In this document: positions 1 to 10,734 of the stretch, piece after piece
How positions within the stretch are numbered: the stretch's first letter is position 1
Layout of the letters: each line of letters begins with the position of its first letter
NCBI GenBank assembly: GCA_002256025.1
Contig: NKIB01012713.1
Span: forward strand, 1-64,000
Direction of reading: 5' to 3'
Origin: Asterionella formosa
Lineage: Eukaryota
Length of the DNA stretch: 64,000 nt
Program-made: the position numbers and the translations under genes
Notes under the pieces: generated by a model
What the model saw: only the letters and a program-made list of their open reading frames with translations
The model's database searches: none
What the model was told of the DNA's origin: nothing

Positions 1-447
1 TTGCAATGTTTGTAGGTTATGTTGTCTCCAAGCTAATTCTAGGGATTCGCGCAATGTTTTCTTGTGAGTGTTGTATGCGCTAATGTATTCGGGTTTTGTG
101 ATAACATTGTGAATTGTATTCATATCCTCTTTGTACAAGGATCCTCCTTCTTTGATTTCTTCATTCACAGTAAGTATCTTCACAATGCTTGCTCTGTATA
201 TTCTGTATCTTGATTCTCCTAGCATGGATAAGATTTGCAATATTGGTCTTCTTATGAAAGTGAAAAATATTTTCATAGTAATGATTCCATTGCTACGTAA
301 TATTTCTTTGAATTCGTCTTCAATGCCCATTATGTTAGTTAACATTGTTCCAAGTTCATTCTCCATTTCTGCTTCATTATCAATGTCTTCATCATTGTCA
401 TCCCAGGCCATTTCATAACTCTCTGGGATAATTGGATTAGTACTCAT
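1..447 (-). CDS. 5' part of an ORF running off the window start; possible retrotransposon gag-like protein
   Basis: Minus-strand frame is open from ATG at 447 (MSTNPIIPESYEMAWDDNDEDIDNEAEMENELG...) to position 1 with no stop, 149 codons. It is missing from the ORF track because no stop falls in the window. The coding strand is A-rich, as in retroelements. No domain recognised. Confidence 0.55.
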   Translation of the reverse strand, partial: MSTNPIIPESYEMAWDDNDEDIDNEAEMENELGTMLTNIMGIEDEFKEILRSNGIITMKIFFTFIRRPILQILSMLGESRYRIYRASIVKILTVNEEIKEGGSLYKEDMNTIHNVITKPEYISAYNTHKKTLRESLELAWRQHNLQTLQ

Positions 448-834
448 TGTTTAATAGTTGTTGTTGTTTTGTCTCGTTGCTATCGAGAGTCATTTTATAC
501 TCTGTACGGAGTGGTTATATATGGGATCTCAACAGGTTTCTCTTCCTTGTTGGGGCTTACAGCCTCTTTTGGTTTTCTAGTATCTTCCGCAGACACGCGT
601 ATCCATACCAGCAGAGGACTCTCTACTCTGATCAATGTCGACTCCTTGTCCTAAGCTCGACACCTGCAACCTTGTCCTTGACACAGTTGACTTCTTTCCT
701 GTCTCTGTCAGTATTCACTGTAACTTGGGCAGACACGCCGTTGCTTCGCAGTGACTCTTCTCTTTCTTCACTTGCTCACGGTGAGCGGAATGGGTCCTGA
801 TAAACTAGTGGAGGGAAAATGGGCTGGCTAACCT

Positions 835-1091
835 TGTTAACCAGAAACCGTCTTAAACAGTGACGATATTCTCAGTGGCAATACCGGATAATATAGGTTA
901 AAATGTAAAACGTAAACTAAAATTATGATATAAACTGTGAAAAATGGAAATGATCTCCAATGGTCAATCCATTCCTCTCTTCCTGTAGGTTAATACTAAT
1001 TCCATACGTAAATAGTGCATACGTAATCCCCGAATTGACGTGGTATGCAACCATACGTATTCCTTTTTCTCAAATTCTCAAGATCGGAACA
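835..1091 (-). mobile_element. Candidate 5' LTR of an LTR retrotransposon
   Basis: On the minus strand it begins TGTTCC and ends TTAACA (TGT...ACA termini). It is followed by AGGTTAGCCAGCCC, loosely like the copia half-tRNA-Met PBS GGTTATG(A/G)GCCC, and lies upstream of the A-rich ORF. The second LTR is not in the window. Confidence 0.3.
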
Positions 1092-1255
1092 TATCCAGCT
1101 GTTTTGATCTTCCTCTATATATAGTAAACCCCTAATATGATAAATGGATATACAGATTAGTATCATCTAGAAATTATTCGCCGATTGACACAACAGCAAC
1201 TCCCCTCCCCTCCGGCGTTCATGGATCTGCGCGAAAGGGTTTCAGATTCTCTAAA

Positions 1256-1861
1256 ATGGGGTTGGCTTTCATCATTAGCTTGTTATCGTGTTCTTGGTCG
1301 GCAAACTGCGCTTTTGTAGCTCCATCATGTTGCCGTCAGCTTCTGTCAAGATTGCTGGAAAGCAGGTCGGGAATAGCCTACGTTTCGGGAAACCCTGACG
1401 ATACTCCGGTTGTCAAATTATTTACCAGAAATGGATGTACCACTTGCGATAAAGTCATGGAGACTCTTCGTTCTGTTGCCGAAGAATCTCCCCATACATT
1501 GGAACTTGTGGATATTGAAGACCCAGAGCACCTATCGTGGTTTGAGAGATACAAGTACGATCTGCCTATTTTGAGACTAAACGATATGTACTGGACCTGT
1601 TCAAGGCTCACAACAAATGAAGCAAAGGCAGGAATATTTGCGGCAACCGCGGGTTTCTTTGTTCAAGGTAGAAATGAGCCCAATGCCAAACAAATGGAGC
1701 TTCAAATGATGCAACCACCATCAACTCCGAATTTATGGGTCGGTGACAAGGAGGGACAAGGCAAGCTGAATCCAAGGAGAGCAAGTTCCGGAAACTTTCA
1801 AAAAATGTTGGTCAAGGGCATTCGCGACAGGCACATGGGTGAATGTGAACTTGATACGTAG
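1256..1861 (+). CDS. Glutaredoxin-like (DUF836-type) protein with N-terminal signal/transit peptide
   Basis: VKLFTRNGCTTCD (CxxC) and RYKYDLPIL motifs; hydrophobic N-terminus followed by A-F (CAFVAP), resembling a diatom bipartite plastid signal. Confidence 0.75.
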   Translation: MGLAFIISLLSCSWSANCAFVAPSCCRQLLSRLLESRSGIAYVSGNPDDTPVVKLFTRNGCTTCDKVMETLRSVAEESPHTLELVDIEDPEHLSWFERYKYDLPILRLNDMYWTCSRLTTNEAKAGIFAATAGFFVQGRNEPNAKQMELQMMQPPSTPNLWVGDKEGQGKLNPRRASSGNFQKMLVKGIRDRHMGECELDT

Positions 1862-2298
1862 CTCTAAATGCATCCCTGTTATAGACATGTATTGTACATA
1901 AACTGAGTTTCTACTTGTGCTGCAGGTATGGCAAAACAATGGACTTTATCGGAAGCGATAGTCCACGGATAGTCTAACATTGAGTGGTGTCAAACCGAAA
2001 CATATGGAGAACGCGATTCAATTGCTGATAGAGGATATACACAGAATTTTCAATAGAAATGAAGCTCTCAAGTGGACAGAGAAGGTCTAGGTGTAGAAGG
2101 TCTACGTGTAGAAGCTACATTTTACAAATCTCTCTCGTTGCTTCTACAGATTCGTCCACATCCATATAAAGAAATGCATGTACCCTTACCCGGAGCAGGA
2201 TACAAAGAGGTTGAAAGTTGAAAATACCGGTATGTCCCGACCTTTGGCTACACACGAGAAATAGAGATAATCAAAAAAGTCGAATCCGCAAAATTTAA

Positions 2299-2380
2299 CG
2301 ACACTCGCAGGACTCGAACCTACGCGGGATAGACCCAGTTGATTTCTAGTCAACCGCCTTAACCACTCGGCCAGAGTGTC
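2299..2380 (-). tRNA. trnS-AGA: tRNA-Ser (anticodon AGA)
   Basis: Reverse complement is GACACTCTGGCCGAGTGGTTAAGGCGGTTGACTAGAAATCAACTGGGTCTATCCCGCGTAGGTTCGAGTCCTGCGAGTGTCG. It has an acceptor stem, D loop, GTTGA/TCAAC anticodon stem with AGA, long variable arm and GTTCGA T-loop, with a T-run terminator just downstream. Confidence 0.97.
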
Positions 2381-2846
2381 ATTGTGTACACCACTTGTAC
2401 TTTCAGACGTAAGGTGGAGAACACAATTACTAATAAAAACTCTGCGTCTCAAAAAATTGAGTACACCACTAATAGTCAGTACCTGGTGCTGGTGCCCATA
2501 CGAGACCAGGTGGTACCCCACCCATGGACCAAATGCTACCGGTACTACTGCATCCATTTCCTTTTTTTTACTTCAGCTTTTGGCTACTTGAACACTCAAG
2601 GCAGCAGAGTTTACAATTTAGTAGGCACAGATCAGGTTGAGGCCGTAAATCTTGAAAGGGGTATGGATTCCTTTGAAATATTAATACAAATTTTGAGATT
2701 GTGTGTATGAGGCTTTAATAATCATTACTTCTTCGATTGCGATATGTAAAATGCAACCCAATTTAAAAAAGCGCCTCGTTTCTTTTTGTAAAATTCAAAA
2801 TTTTGCAAATGCTCTAAATTCTGGCCTAGAGAATTGAAAAATAACC

Positions 2847-5238
2847 TTACTGGTAATCGCCACCACCGTAGTCCGCAGGCGAAGCCGAAGATTCGTCAGA
2901 GTGAGAGTCAAGGAAGAGAAGCTCCTTGTAAGTGGCAAGTGTCCACAAGTTTGCCGGAACAACTTCTTCAGCAGCATCGCAGGTGGAGCGAATGTCAATC
3001 ATGGTTTCCAAACGGAGGACACGGGCGATGGAGGCCTTCTCGTAGGCAGAGTCAGCATGGTGGATCGAAGCAAGACCAGCCTTGAGGGAAGCGACAGCGG
3101 CATGCAATTCGGCAAGTGGTCCTACACCAGCAAGCTTGACTGAAGGAATGACGTGCTGGTTAATCATGTCAATCATGGTCAGCGCCTCCATTTCGACAGT
3201 ACCAATGTAGTGACCATGGAGAATATCTTGGCGGGCAACACATTCGTCGCCGCTCAAAACGTTCATCTTCTCGAACAAAGCGATGTTCTTAGGGGAGGTG
3301 AGAACCTTGATGGCCTCAACACCAGAGTCGATTCTCCAAACACCGCGCTCAGTGAGCATGGCCTGCATTTCTTCGTCGTAGTTGTTTCCGTTGAAGACAA
3401 CCTTCCAGTGCTTCTTGAGGGCTGATCGGGCGACCTCGGCAGGGTCCTCTCCGGCTTCAATACGGTCAGCGAATTCAGCGAACTTCTCAGCGGCAATGGT
3501 GTTTAGGACAGTGTTGACCATGGAAACATTCTGGGACGATCCAACAGCACGGAATTCGAAACGGGAACCACCGTAAGGGAATGGGGAAGTTCGGTTACGA
3601 TCTTCGGCAGGGACATTGAATGGAAGAATTTCAGCACATCCAAGGTCGATCGTCTTTACCTTGGGTTCATACTTGGCCGCAGATCCGTTCATGAATGCTT
3701 CCAAGTAAGTAGTCATATCATCACCCAAATATGTCGAGACAATGGCAGGAGGGGCCTCACATGCCCCCAGACGGAAATCATTACCAGGGGAGGCAATCGC
3801 CATGCGCATCAAGTCACCGTGCTCATCAATGGCAGCAACAATAGCAGCCATGACAACTGGGAATGCAATATCATTACCAGTGGCCTTGATGAGCGATTCA
3901 GGTGAGAAAAGCTGAACTCCGTCATTGGTAGCAATGGACCAATTGTTATGCTTTCCGGATCCGTTGATGCCGTTGAAAGGCTTTTCCTGAAGCAAGGCAG
4001 CAAGTCCATGCTTGGCAGCCACTTCCTCAATAATTTGCATGACCCATATATTCTGGTCAATCTGGGTAGTGTTGGAACCGAACAAAGGAGCAAACTCGAA
4101 TTGGTTAGGAGCAACTTCACGATGACGAGTCTTGAGCGGGATTCCCATGCGCCAGCACTCATCCTGAATTTCTTGCATGCAACCCAATGCCGAAGTGGCA
4201 GTAGAAAGAGGAGCCATGTAGTGGTCACACATTTCTTGCCCACGAGGCGCGTCCTTTCCCATGATAGTTCTGCCAGTGAATTGGAGATCAGGACGCTTGT
4301 AAAAGGCCTCACGGGAGATGAGGAAGATTTCTTGTTCGAGACCGATGTTGGTGCGGATTCCACTGGAGACATCAAGTCCGAGCTTGGAAAGGAGACGGGA
4401 TCCCTGCTTGTTCAAAGCGTTGTTCGCGCGCAGAAGGGGTGTCTTTTCGTCGAGGGCGGCGCCGTAGTAAGACACAAAGACGGAAGGAATAAAGATGGTA
4501 TCGCCACGGAGGAAGATAGGAGAAGAAGTATCGATAGCGAGGTATCCTCCAGCCGTGTGAGTGGCACGAAGTCCCCCGTTAGGATACGAAGAACCATCGG
4601 TTTCACCCTTGATCAGAGTCTTGCCCTTGAAATCCTGCTTGATCTCCATGTTTTTGTCGAATTCGAGCATCATATTCTGAACCTGTCCAGAGAGTCCATG
4701 ACGGACTCCACTTGCCGCCATAGGCTGGAACCAGTGGCAATAGGTGCTGGCTCCATTTTCGATAGCCCTGTGTTTGGGAGTCGTTTGCGAGAGAGAAAAG
4801 AGAGAAAGGGAGGAGCGAAAAAGATAGCAAAATGAGAAGGCAATTTTTTGAAGATATTTTAGTCTGTACGTCAGAGATACTGGAAATAATACAAGTTCAC
4901 AACCACCGGCCAGGACGTTACAAAAGATCCGACTGATCGCCGGTGACTTGTTGGACCAGGCCTTCAGCCTCAGTGCTCTCTTCGTTCGACGCATTGCCGA
5001 CTTACCAGTCAAAGACGGCTTGGGCAACCACATCTGAGTGTGTCTTCACCCAAGCAGGATCTTTCAGGATAGCGCCACTGGCGCCTTGTCTCCCAAGGTA
5101 GTCATCAGCCACTTTTCCAGTGAACACGTTCTTTCCGTAGTCTCCAAAGGCATCCAACGAAGCAAAGCGGACATTGCTGACGGCAGCGGGGAAGGTGCGG
5201 CGTGCCAAGACGCGAACTGCAGCGGAAGTAGCAATCAT
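2847..5238 (-). CDS. glnN: Glutamine synthetase type III with mitochondrial-type presequence; exons 5238-5006 and 4767-2847
   Basis: GSIII motifs YCHWFQP, GETDGSSYPNGGLRATH, GLEQE, HREVAPNQFE, EKPFNGINGSGKHNNWS, DRNRTSPF, FEFRAVGSS. The GTAAGT...CAG intron at 5005-4768 joins AVFDW|AIENGA in frame. N-terminus is Arg/Ala/Ser-rich. Confidence 0.95.
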
Positions 5239-5973
5239 GGTGCGAGTGCCTGTGTGATGGAAAATGTTTCGTCAACCAAACCGCAACAGGAGTGGACGAG
5301 AGTGGGGAGTTTGTCGATACCGTTGTTTGGATGTGCGTACGGTATGTAGACTGAGACACTCTCACCCGTCACCGGTATACCGGTACACTGAAATGTTGGT
5401 AGGAGTACCTGGTACCTGGTACTGTATCCCCACATAGGGCAGTTCCAGGTACCAGGTACATACAAATCAGTATGGATGTACTTCGGTATTCCATAGGCTC
5501 TTTCAAATGCCTCGTCCTCACATTCTTCACAGAAAATAATATACCGGTAGACTATATCTCTATGTATAGATTGTTTTGTGGTTGAAGATTTCGAGGCACT
5601 GACGTCGATCATACATCAGAACGACGTGACCATGCCTAGTCGTTTTGCGAGGTTCCGTCGCTAATAAGCACCTTCCCTGAACAAGTGGGAAGTAGGCAGA
5701 GCACGGATTGAATCGTTCTAATACCGGTAATACTTCTTCTCATATAATTTCAGAAGTAGAATGCCGGTTGTGTCAAGCCAACTGGAGGATGTCACCACAG
5801 AGAACACAGTCTTCAGTACGAGTACCGGTACCTGAAGGTAATTCTGCTCAAACTAAACGTTTAGCTTTCTTTATCCTATATTCAATTGTTTATTTAAGTC
5901 CAATGACCGAAAACTGCTGGTACTGGCACAAGGACCAGGAACCTAAGTAATTACCAGTAGTAGTTCTGTATAG

Positions 5974-6130
5974 AAAATACTATCGTAAAAGAATTGTTAT
6001 CATCACTCTAATAAATAATGACAACGAAAATTGAAATACCAGTAGCCTAAAGCGCATTTTTCAATGAAATTTATAGATTCACAGTTCAAAATGATGATGC
6101 TATCAGCAGATTTGACACTTTCACAGTAGG
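5974..6130 (+). repeat. Dispersed repeat copy 1 (related to ~10255-10510 and ~35265-35610)
   Basis: Shared blocks AAAATAC..TCGTAAAAGAA and AATGACAACGAAAATTGA with both other copies; TTTGACACTTT.ACAGTA shared with the 35.3-kb copy. Confidence 0.6.
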
Positions 6131-6499
6131 AAACAAGTTATCTATTAGCTTAGATTTGATTGCTTGTATAGACATCACAAAATAGAGTCAGCAGTGTGAG
6201 ATGGGAATGATGGAAGCATGATGGTGATGAGATTTCAAAATTGTTTGCTTAGCAGTAAGAACCATGGTACTGGAATGCTATTGCCTTCATTATACCACCA
6301 TATATGTACACCTAGTTGACAGTTGATACAGCACCAGTATACCCATATATAACATCAGGACCGGTATACTATGATTGTAAAATATTATCTTCATTATAGT
6401 CGACATTCAACATAGTGTATACTATAACATGCATACATAACATGCGTATGTACTGTAAATACATACAGGTAGTTTACAATAGTTGTATTGGGTCATTGC

Positions 6500-7410
6500 T
6501 ATGATGATGCTGGCTGGCAGTTGCGAATTTCAAATCCCAACAATTTCCATTGCATTTTCAGGGAGAAAGCCGGTGTGATATTGAAAACCTGAATATTGCA
6601 TGGTTTCTGCATTCAATCCTTGGAGAGTCTTTCAATTAAAATATCAATCAAGTCTTAAAGTACGTTAAAGCTATCCAATAATCGCACTCATGCCTAAATA
6701 AATGAATAAATGGACACAATTGGTACCGGATTTATTCGTCTGTACAGTAAGTACTACAGGACCTGTCTTTTCGTCAGCCGCACTCCCTGGAACCACCCTA
6801 GGGACTACATGAAAAAGACAGGTGGAGAATGCAGGAATCGAACTTGCTATTGCATCAGGTGTGCTAACCACTTCACCAGGGAACTGCTTCTTACTGGTGA
6901 GGGCAATGCATATTATGAGCCTATACTCTAAACTTATCAACGTCACAATTTAAGTGAGCCTCTAACGGGAGCCTACTATTGTAAGAGATCTCGTCGTCAT
7001 CTTGATGCGATTTGACGTGATAAGGGTGTAAGTGAATTCAGTGCTTCTGTGCTATTGTCATTGCTGATTGGAATTAATCATACTCAGGTGCTAATGTCCC
7101 TGAGAGTCCCTGATGCCCCCATTTCTGTATTCTCGTTACGAGTGCTTTATTTTCGATGTACACCTTAAGTACTGCTGGCGGGAAAGGAGTACCAGTTGAT
7201 GTGTGACTGCTGATTAGAGTATCGAAAACCACCAAGTCAAGGCCCCAAGGAAGCCACCTTTCTCTGCACGAAGAGAAGAAATGGGGTGCCCCCTCCATTT
7301 ACTCTACCATTGCAAGTAGCACTTATTTTTTGTAGCGGTCATGAATTTTTCATGCTTGATTTGCCATTATTTTGTCTCTAAATGACCCATCTGATGCCAT
7401 GCCATTATAA
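6500..7410 (-). pseudogene. Decayed non-LTR retrotransposon fragment (RNase H domain and downstream region)
   Basis: Minus-strand translation across stops and frameshifts gives ASDGS...SSCRE...LKVYIENKALVTRIQKW...TLAPEYD*...YHVKSHQDD...LPLEAHLNCDVDK, the motif order of LINE-type RNase H. Confidence 0.75.
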
Positions 7411-7780
7411 CCCTGAGTCATGATAAAGTTGTGCAACAAATATCCAGTCTGCTGCTCATCACTTACTGTTGGAAGGTTACTCGGTTTGATTGTCACATTG
7501 GGGAAATGTGCACAATTAACTCAACTCACAACGACGCACTGGTGCCTAAACACTAAATAATCTGTGCGATGCTGCCGCAAGACAAGAAAACAAGAAGCAA
7601 TCCAGACAATTGTAGGACACGGAAATGATTCCGGAGGTGTGTGAAGATTTAATATTTATCATGGCTGGTGAGGTTGTATTATTCACTGCGCTTGCTTTGC
7701 AATGTTGTGATCAAAGGGAGAACAAATTCTGTAAAGGTTTCTACATACATACATATGAGTGATGATCTCTGAAATTATGA

Positions 7781-7983
7781 AATCGCCGCGATGTGTGATT
7801 TTCGACTTCTTCATCTCTTGGCAAATCTTTGCAGCATTCCAGACTTACGCTTCCTTCATATGAAGAAATCGTAAGTCTGGAATGCTGCCAGAATTTTCTA
7901 ATATTATGAAGAGAGCTTAAGTCTGGAATGCAGCCGAGATTTGCTAAGAGATCAAGAAATTGAAAATCAAAATTACAGCGATT
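7781..7983. repeat. Long imperfect inverted repeat (foldback) with a duplicated inner arm
   Basis: Left arm ~7781-7860 (..GCAGCATTCCAGACTTACGCTTCCTTCATA) is complementary both to 7861-7888 and to ~7905-7983. Confidence 0.85.
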
Positions 7984-8646
7984 AACCCCTCATTTCGCTT
8001 TGGTCAGTCGGCATCATAAAACAATATTAATTCAGCTAAGAAAACACAAGACTGATTAGGATTATTTTAAAATGATTTTCAATTGCCCTTTCTATCAACA
8101 AACATTTGAAGCACAAATGGATGCAAATGTATATAGAGGTTCATAGCTAGTGGCAAAATAATTTCGACAAAGGTTCAAAGCAGTTTTTAGGTGGTACTCT
8201 GGAGTTCCAGGGTACTCTGGCACTTTATGTAGTCAAACAAAGAGGAATTATTATTATTGTTTTACATGTGGTGGAGTGAATTCGAAACCAATCGAAAAAA
8301 AATACGAAAATGATTCCCGCCATCCTCCTCATCAGCTGATTTTTCTACCATTGCAGTCATAATAATCTGGTACGTGTCATCTAGCGTTACCTGGTACCAG
8401 GTACGTGGTATCTAATATACGCGGTACCTGGTACCTGGTCCCGGCAATCTATCATTGGCACATATACCGCCGGTATGTGGTTGGTGGACCAGACATACCG
8501 GTACTTCCGGTCGGTATGCATCCATTTCATGACTACCTGGTACCGGTACCAGTGTTTAAACGACTTGATAGAAATCATAAACCGGTATTATCCTTTGTAT
8601 TATGTTTCAAAGTTTGAAACTCTAGCTCCCAACTGAAGAAATAAGC

Positions 8647-9723
8647 ATGACAGCCAACGATGAAATTATCAATAAACTGATTATCTCGTTTCGAGGCCAG
8701 AAGGTGGAGCTACCAGTGACCGAAGGAACGACTGTTGCTGCTGTCAAATCGCACGTGATAAGAAAGGCGGATCCAGGCCTCAATTTGCTTCCTAGTGATG
8801 TTGATTTGTTGTACAAGGGCAAGAAGTTAGTTGAAGTAGAAAATCCTATACTAAACATGCTGTCCACAAGCAAGACCTCAAATACCTACCGCCTCATGGC
8901 GGCTGGTGCATCCTCTCTGGAAATCCAGCAATACCGATCGAGCTTTGACATTGCCTCACAGCAAGCCCCCAGAATACGCGACGACCTTTCCCGAAAGGGC
9001 CAACTCGAAATCGCCAAGCGACAGCACCTCGGTCGGAGCATGATGCAACGAGCGAAGCAGTCAGTGCCATCGTCCATTTATAAATTTGGAACCATTGAAG
9101 TTCTGCCAAACCTTCCCGATATGAAAAAGGCTCAGGAGATTCTCACATCCCTCGCCAACGATCCTGGTATACTCGCGTGTATGGAACTACATAAGTGGAA
9201 GGTTGGATCCCTTGCAGAATTGTACCCCGATGGAAAAGTTGGAGAGTCAGCCGTGTGTGTTATGGGCCTGAACACGAACAATGGACAAAAAATTTCACTT
9301 CGAATAAGAACCGACGATCTCAAGGGCTTTCGCAAAATTCTCAGCATCCGCAAGGTCCTCTTTCACGAATTGGCACATAATGTCCATTCGGAACACGATG
9401 GGAAATTCTTTCAACTCATGAGACAGATTGAACGAGAATGCAGCGAGTTGGATTGGACAAACGGGCATGGGTTGAGTGGAGCAGCCGAAAATGCCACTGT
9501 GCACGAATTTACTGCTGGAACGTACCGACTGGGGGGAAGTTCTCTAAAAAATGTGCCAGTCCGAGAATTGGCAGCAAGGGCGGCGACTTCGCGTATGACA
9601 GAGGAAGAACTGGAGATTCAACAGAGCTGTGGGTGTGGACAGATGGCATTCCTACCAAGCCATTTGTTGGAAGACGGAGTCGAGAAGAATGAAGAACACG
9701 GCGACAGCACACAGACGAATTAA
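8647..9723 (+). CDS. Ubiquitin-like + WLM domain zinc metalloprotease (Wss1-like)
   Basis: N-terminal UBL-like segment (LLYKGKKL), then WKVGSLAELYP, MGLNTNNGQKISLRIRT and the HELAH zincin motif with HSEHDGKF. Confidence 0.88.
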   Translation: MTANDEIINKLIISFRGQKVELPVTEGTTVAAVKSHVIRKADPGLNLLPSDVDLLYKGKKLVEVENPILNMLSTSKTSNTYRLMAAGASSLEIQQYRSSFDIASQQAPRIRDDLSRKGQLEIAKRQHLGRSMMQRAKQSVPSSIYKFGTIEVLPNLPDMKKAQEILTSLANDPGILACMELHKWKVGSLAELYPDGKVGESAVCVMGLNTNNGQKISLRIRTDDLKGFRKILSIRKVLFHELAHNVHSEHDGKFFQLMRQIERECSELDWTNGHGLSGAAENATVHEFTAGTYRLGGSSLKNVPVRELAARAATSRMTEEELEIQQSCGCGQMAFLPSHLLEDGVEKNEEHGDSTQTN

Positions 9724-10042
9724 TTATTAAAATTTCATCTTGATTTGATCTTGAAATGCTCTGTTCCACGAAGACTTGTTGTTTATAGATGCTTTTAGAA
9801 CATAACATATATACATTGCCAAATACGTTGGGATACTTACGATACTTTTCGGCCATACATCAAATTCAAGGGTCGAACAATAGAATGCACCCCATCAGTG
9901 TACTGATTGATACCCCTTTGCCTGGTTGAATTCTTCCTAACGACCTGCCTTTCCCTTTCCTAGGTACTCATACTAAGCAAACCACCAAACAAATACAAGT
10001 ATGCACATGTGCATACGGATTTCTTTCATTCAAATCCAATTA

Positions 10043-10734
10043 CCGTATACTTCATTGTCCTGGGGGGGGGGGGGGGGGCGGGGGGGGCGGGGGGGCGGGG
10101 GNNNNNNNNNNAAAAGTCAAAGCCCCGGCCCCCCCCCCCCCCCCCGTCCATTTTTCTCGAGGTGGAACCCAACACAAAATAATTTTCTTGTCATAGACAA
10201 AGTAACGTGCTATAATTCTTTTGGTCCTCGTAGGCTCTAGTATATAATTATTTTAGCTATCATGTTGCAATTCTTTTGTACATACAAAACACAATAGAAC
10301 TCAGGTAGTGGCTGTGAGCAGCTGGAGAATCCTTCATGATGTTGTCGCAACCTTGACCATGACGAAAATACGAATTATCTCCACGAAAATAGAGAACGAC
10401 GCTTCGCTACTTGCTACCTGTATTAATAACGACATGGAAAATACAATCGTAAAAGAAGTAAAGTAATAACACTAATAATGACAAAGAAAATTGAGGTCGC
10501 CAATAACAACAAAAAGTCGCGTTTTTCTTGCGAGGTGAAGAACTCTCTCATTTTTCACATCACGGAAATAATTGTCATATTAATTAATATACCGGTATCT
10601 TAGAAAAATCTGTGCTATCCTGTAGAACTAATGAAATTTACTTTGGTCTAGTATTAGAGAAACTCTTCATTGTCCTGGGTCGAATTCAGTCACGGCAGTG
10701 TAGAGTGGGGGGTCCAGGACAATGAAGTATACGG
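10043..10734. mobile_element. TIR-bounded non-autonomous element (MITE-like) spanning an assembly gap
   Basis: Perfect 21-bp TIRs CCGTATACTTCATTGTCCTGG at 10043-10063 and 10714-10734. TA precedes the left end. An extra internal partial TIR lies at ~10665-10678. Confidence 0.7.
10102..10111. other. Assembly gap (10 N) between poly-G and poly-C tracts
   Basis: Ns flanked by G and C runs; sequence on either side is of low reliability. Confidence 0.99.

Noticed and set aside
2080..2118. 15-bp tandem AGAAGGTCTA(G/C)GTGT x2.5
   Set aside because: Real but tiny local duplication with no evidence of function.
3948..4835. 295-aa + strand ORF and many similar overlapping ORFs
   Set aside because: Antisense shadows of strongly codon-biased real genes; no domain signal.
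5639..5718. glnA (glutamine-I) riboswitch, suggested by CGTT…GGAAGTAGG near a GS gene
   Set aside because: It is on the strand opposite to GSIII and lacks the closing GAAG..AACG. Kept only as a generic structure candidate.
10001..10240. Gly/Pro-rich ORF or G-quadruplex element
   Set aside because: It spans the N gap and homopolymer runs, so the sequence is unreliable.
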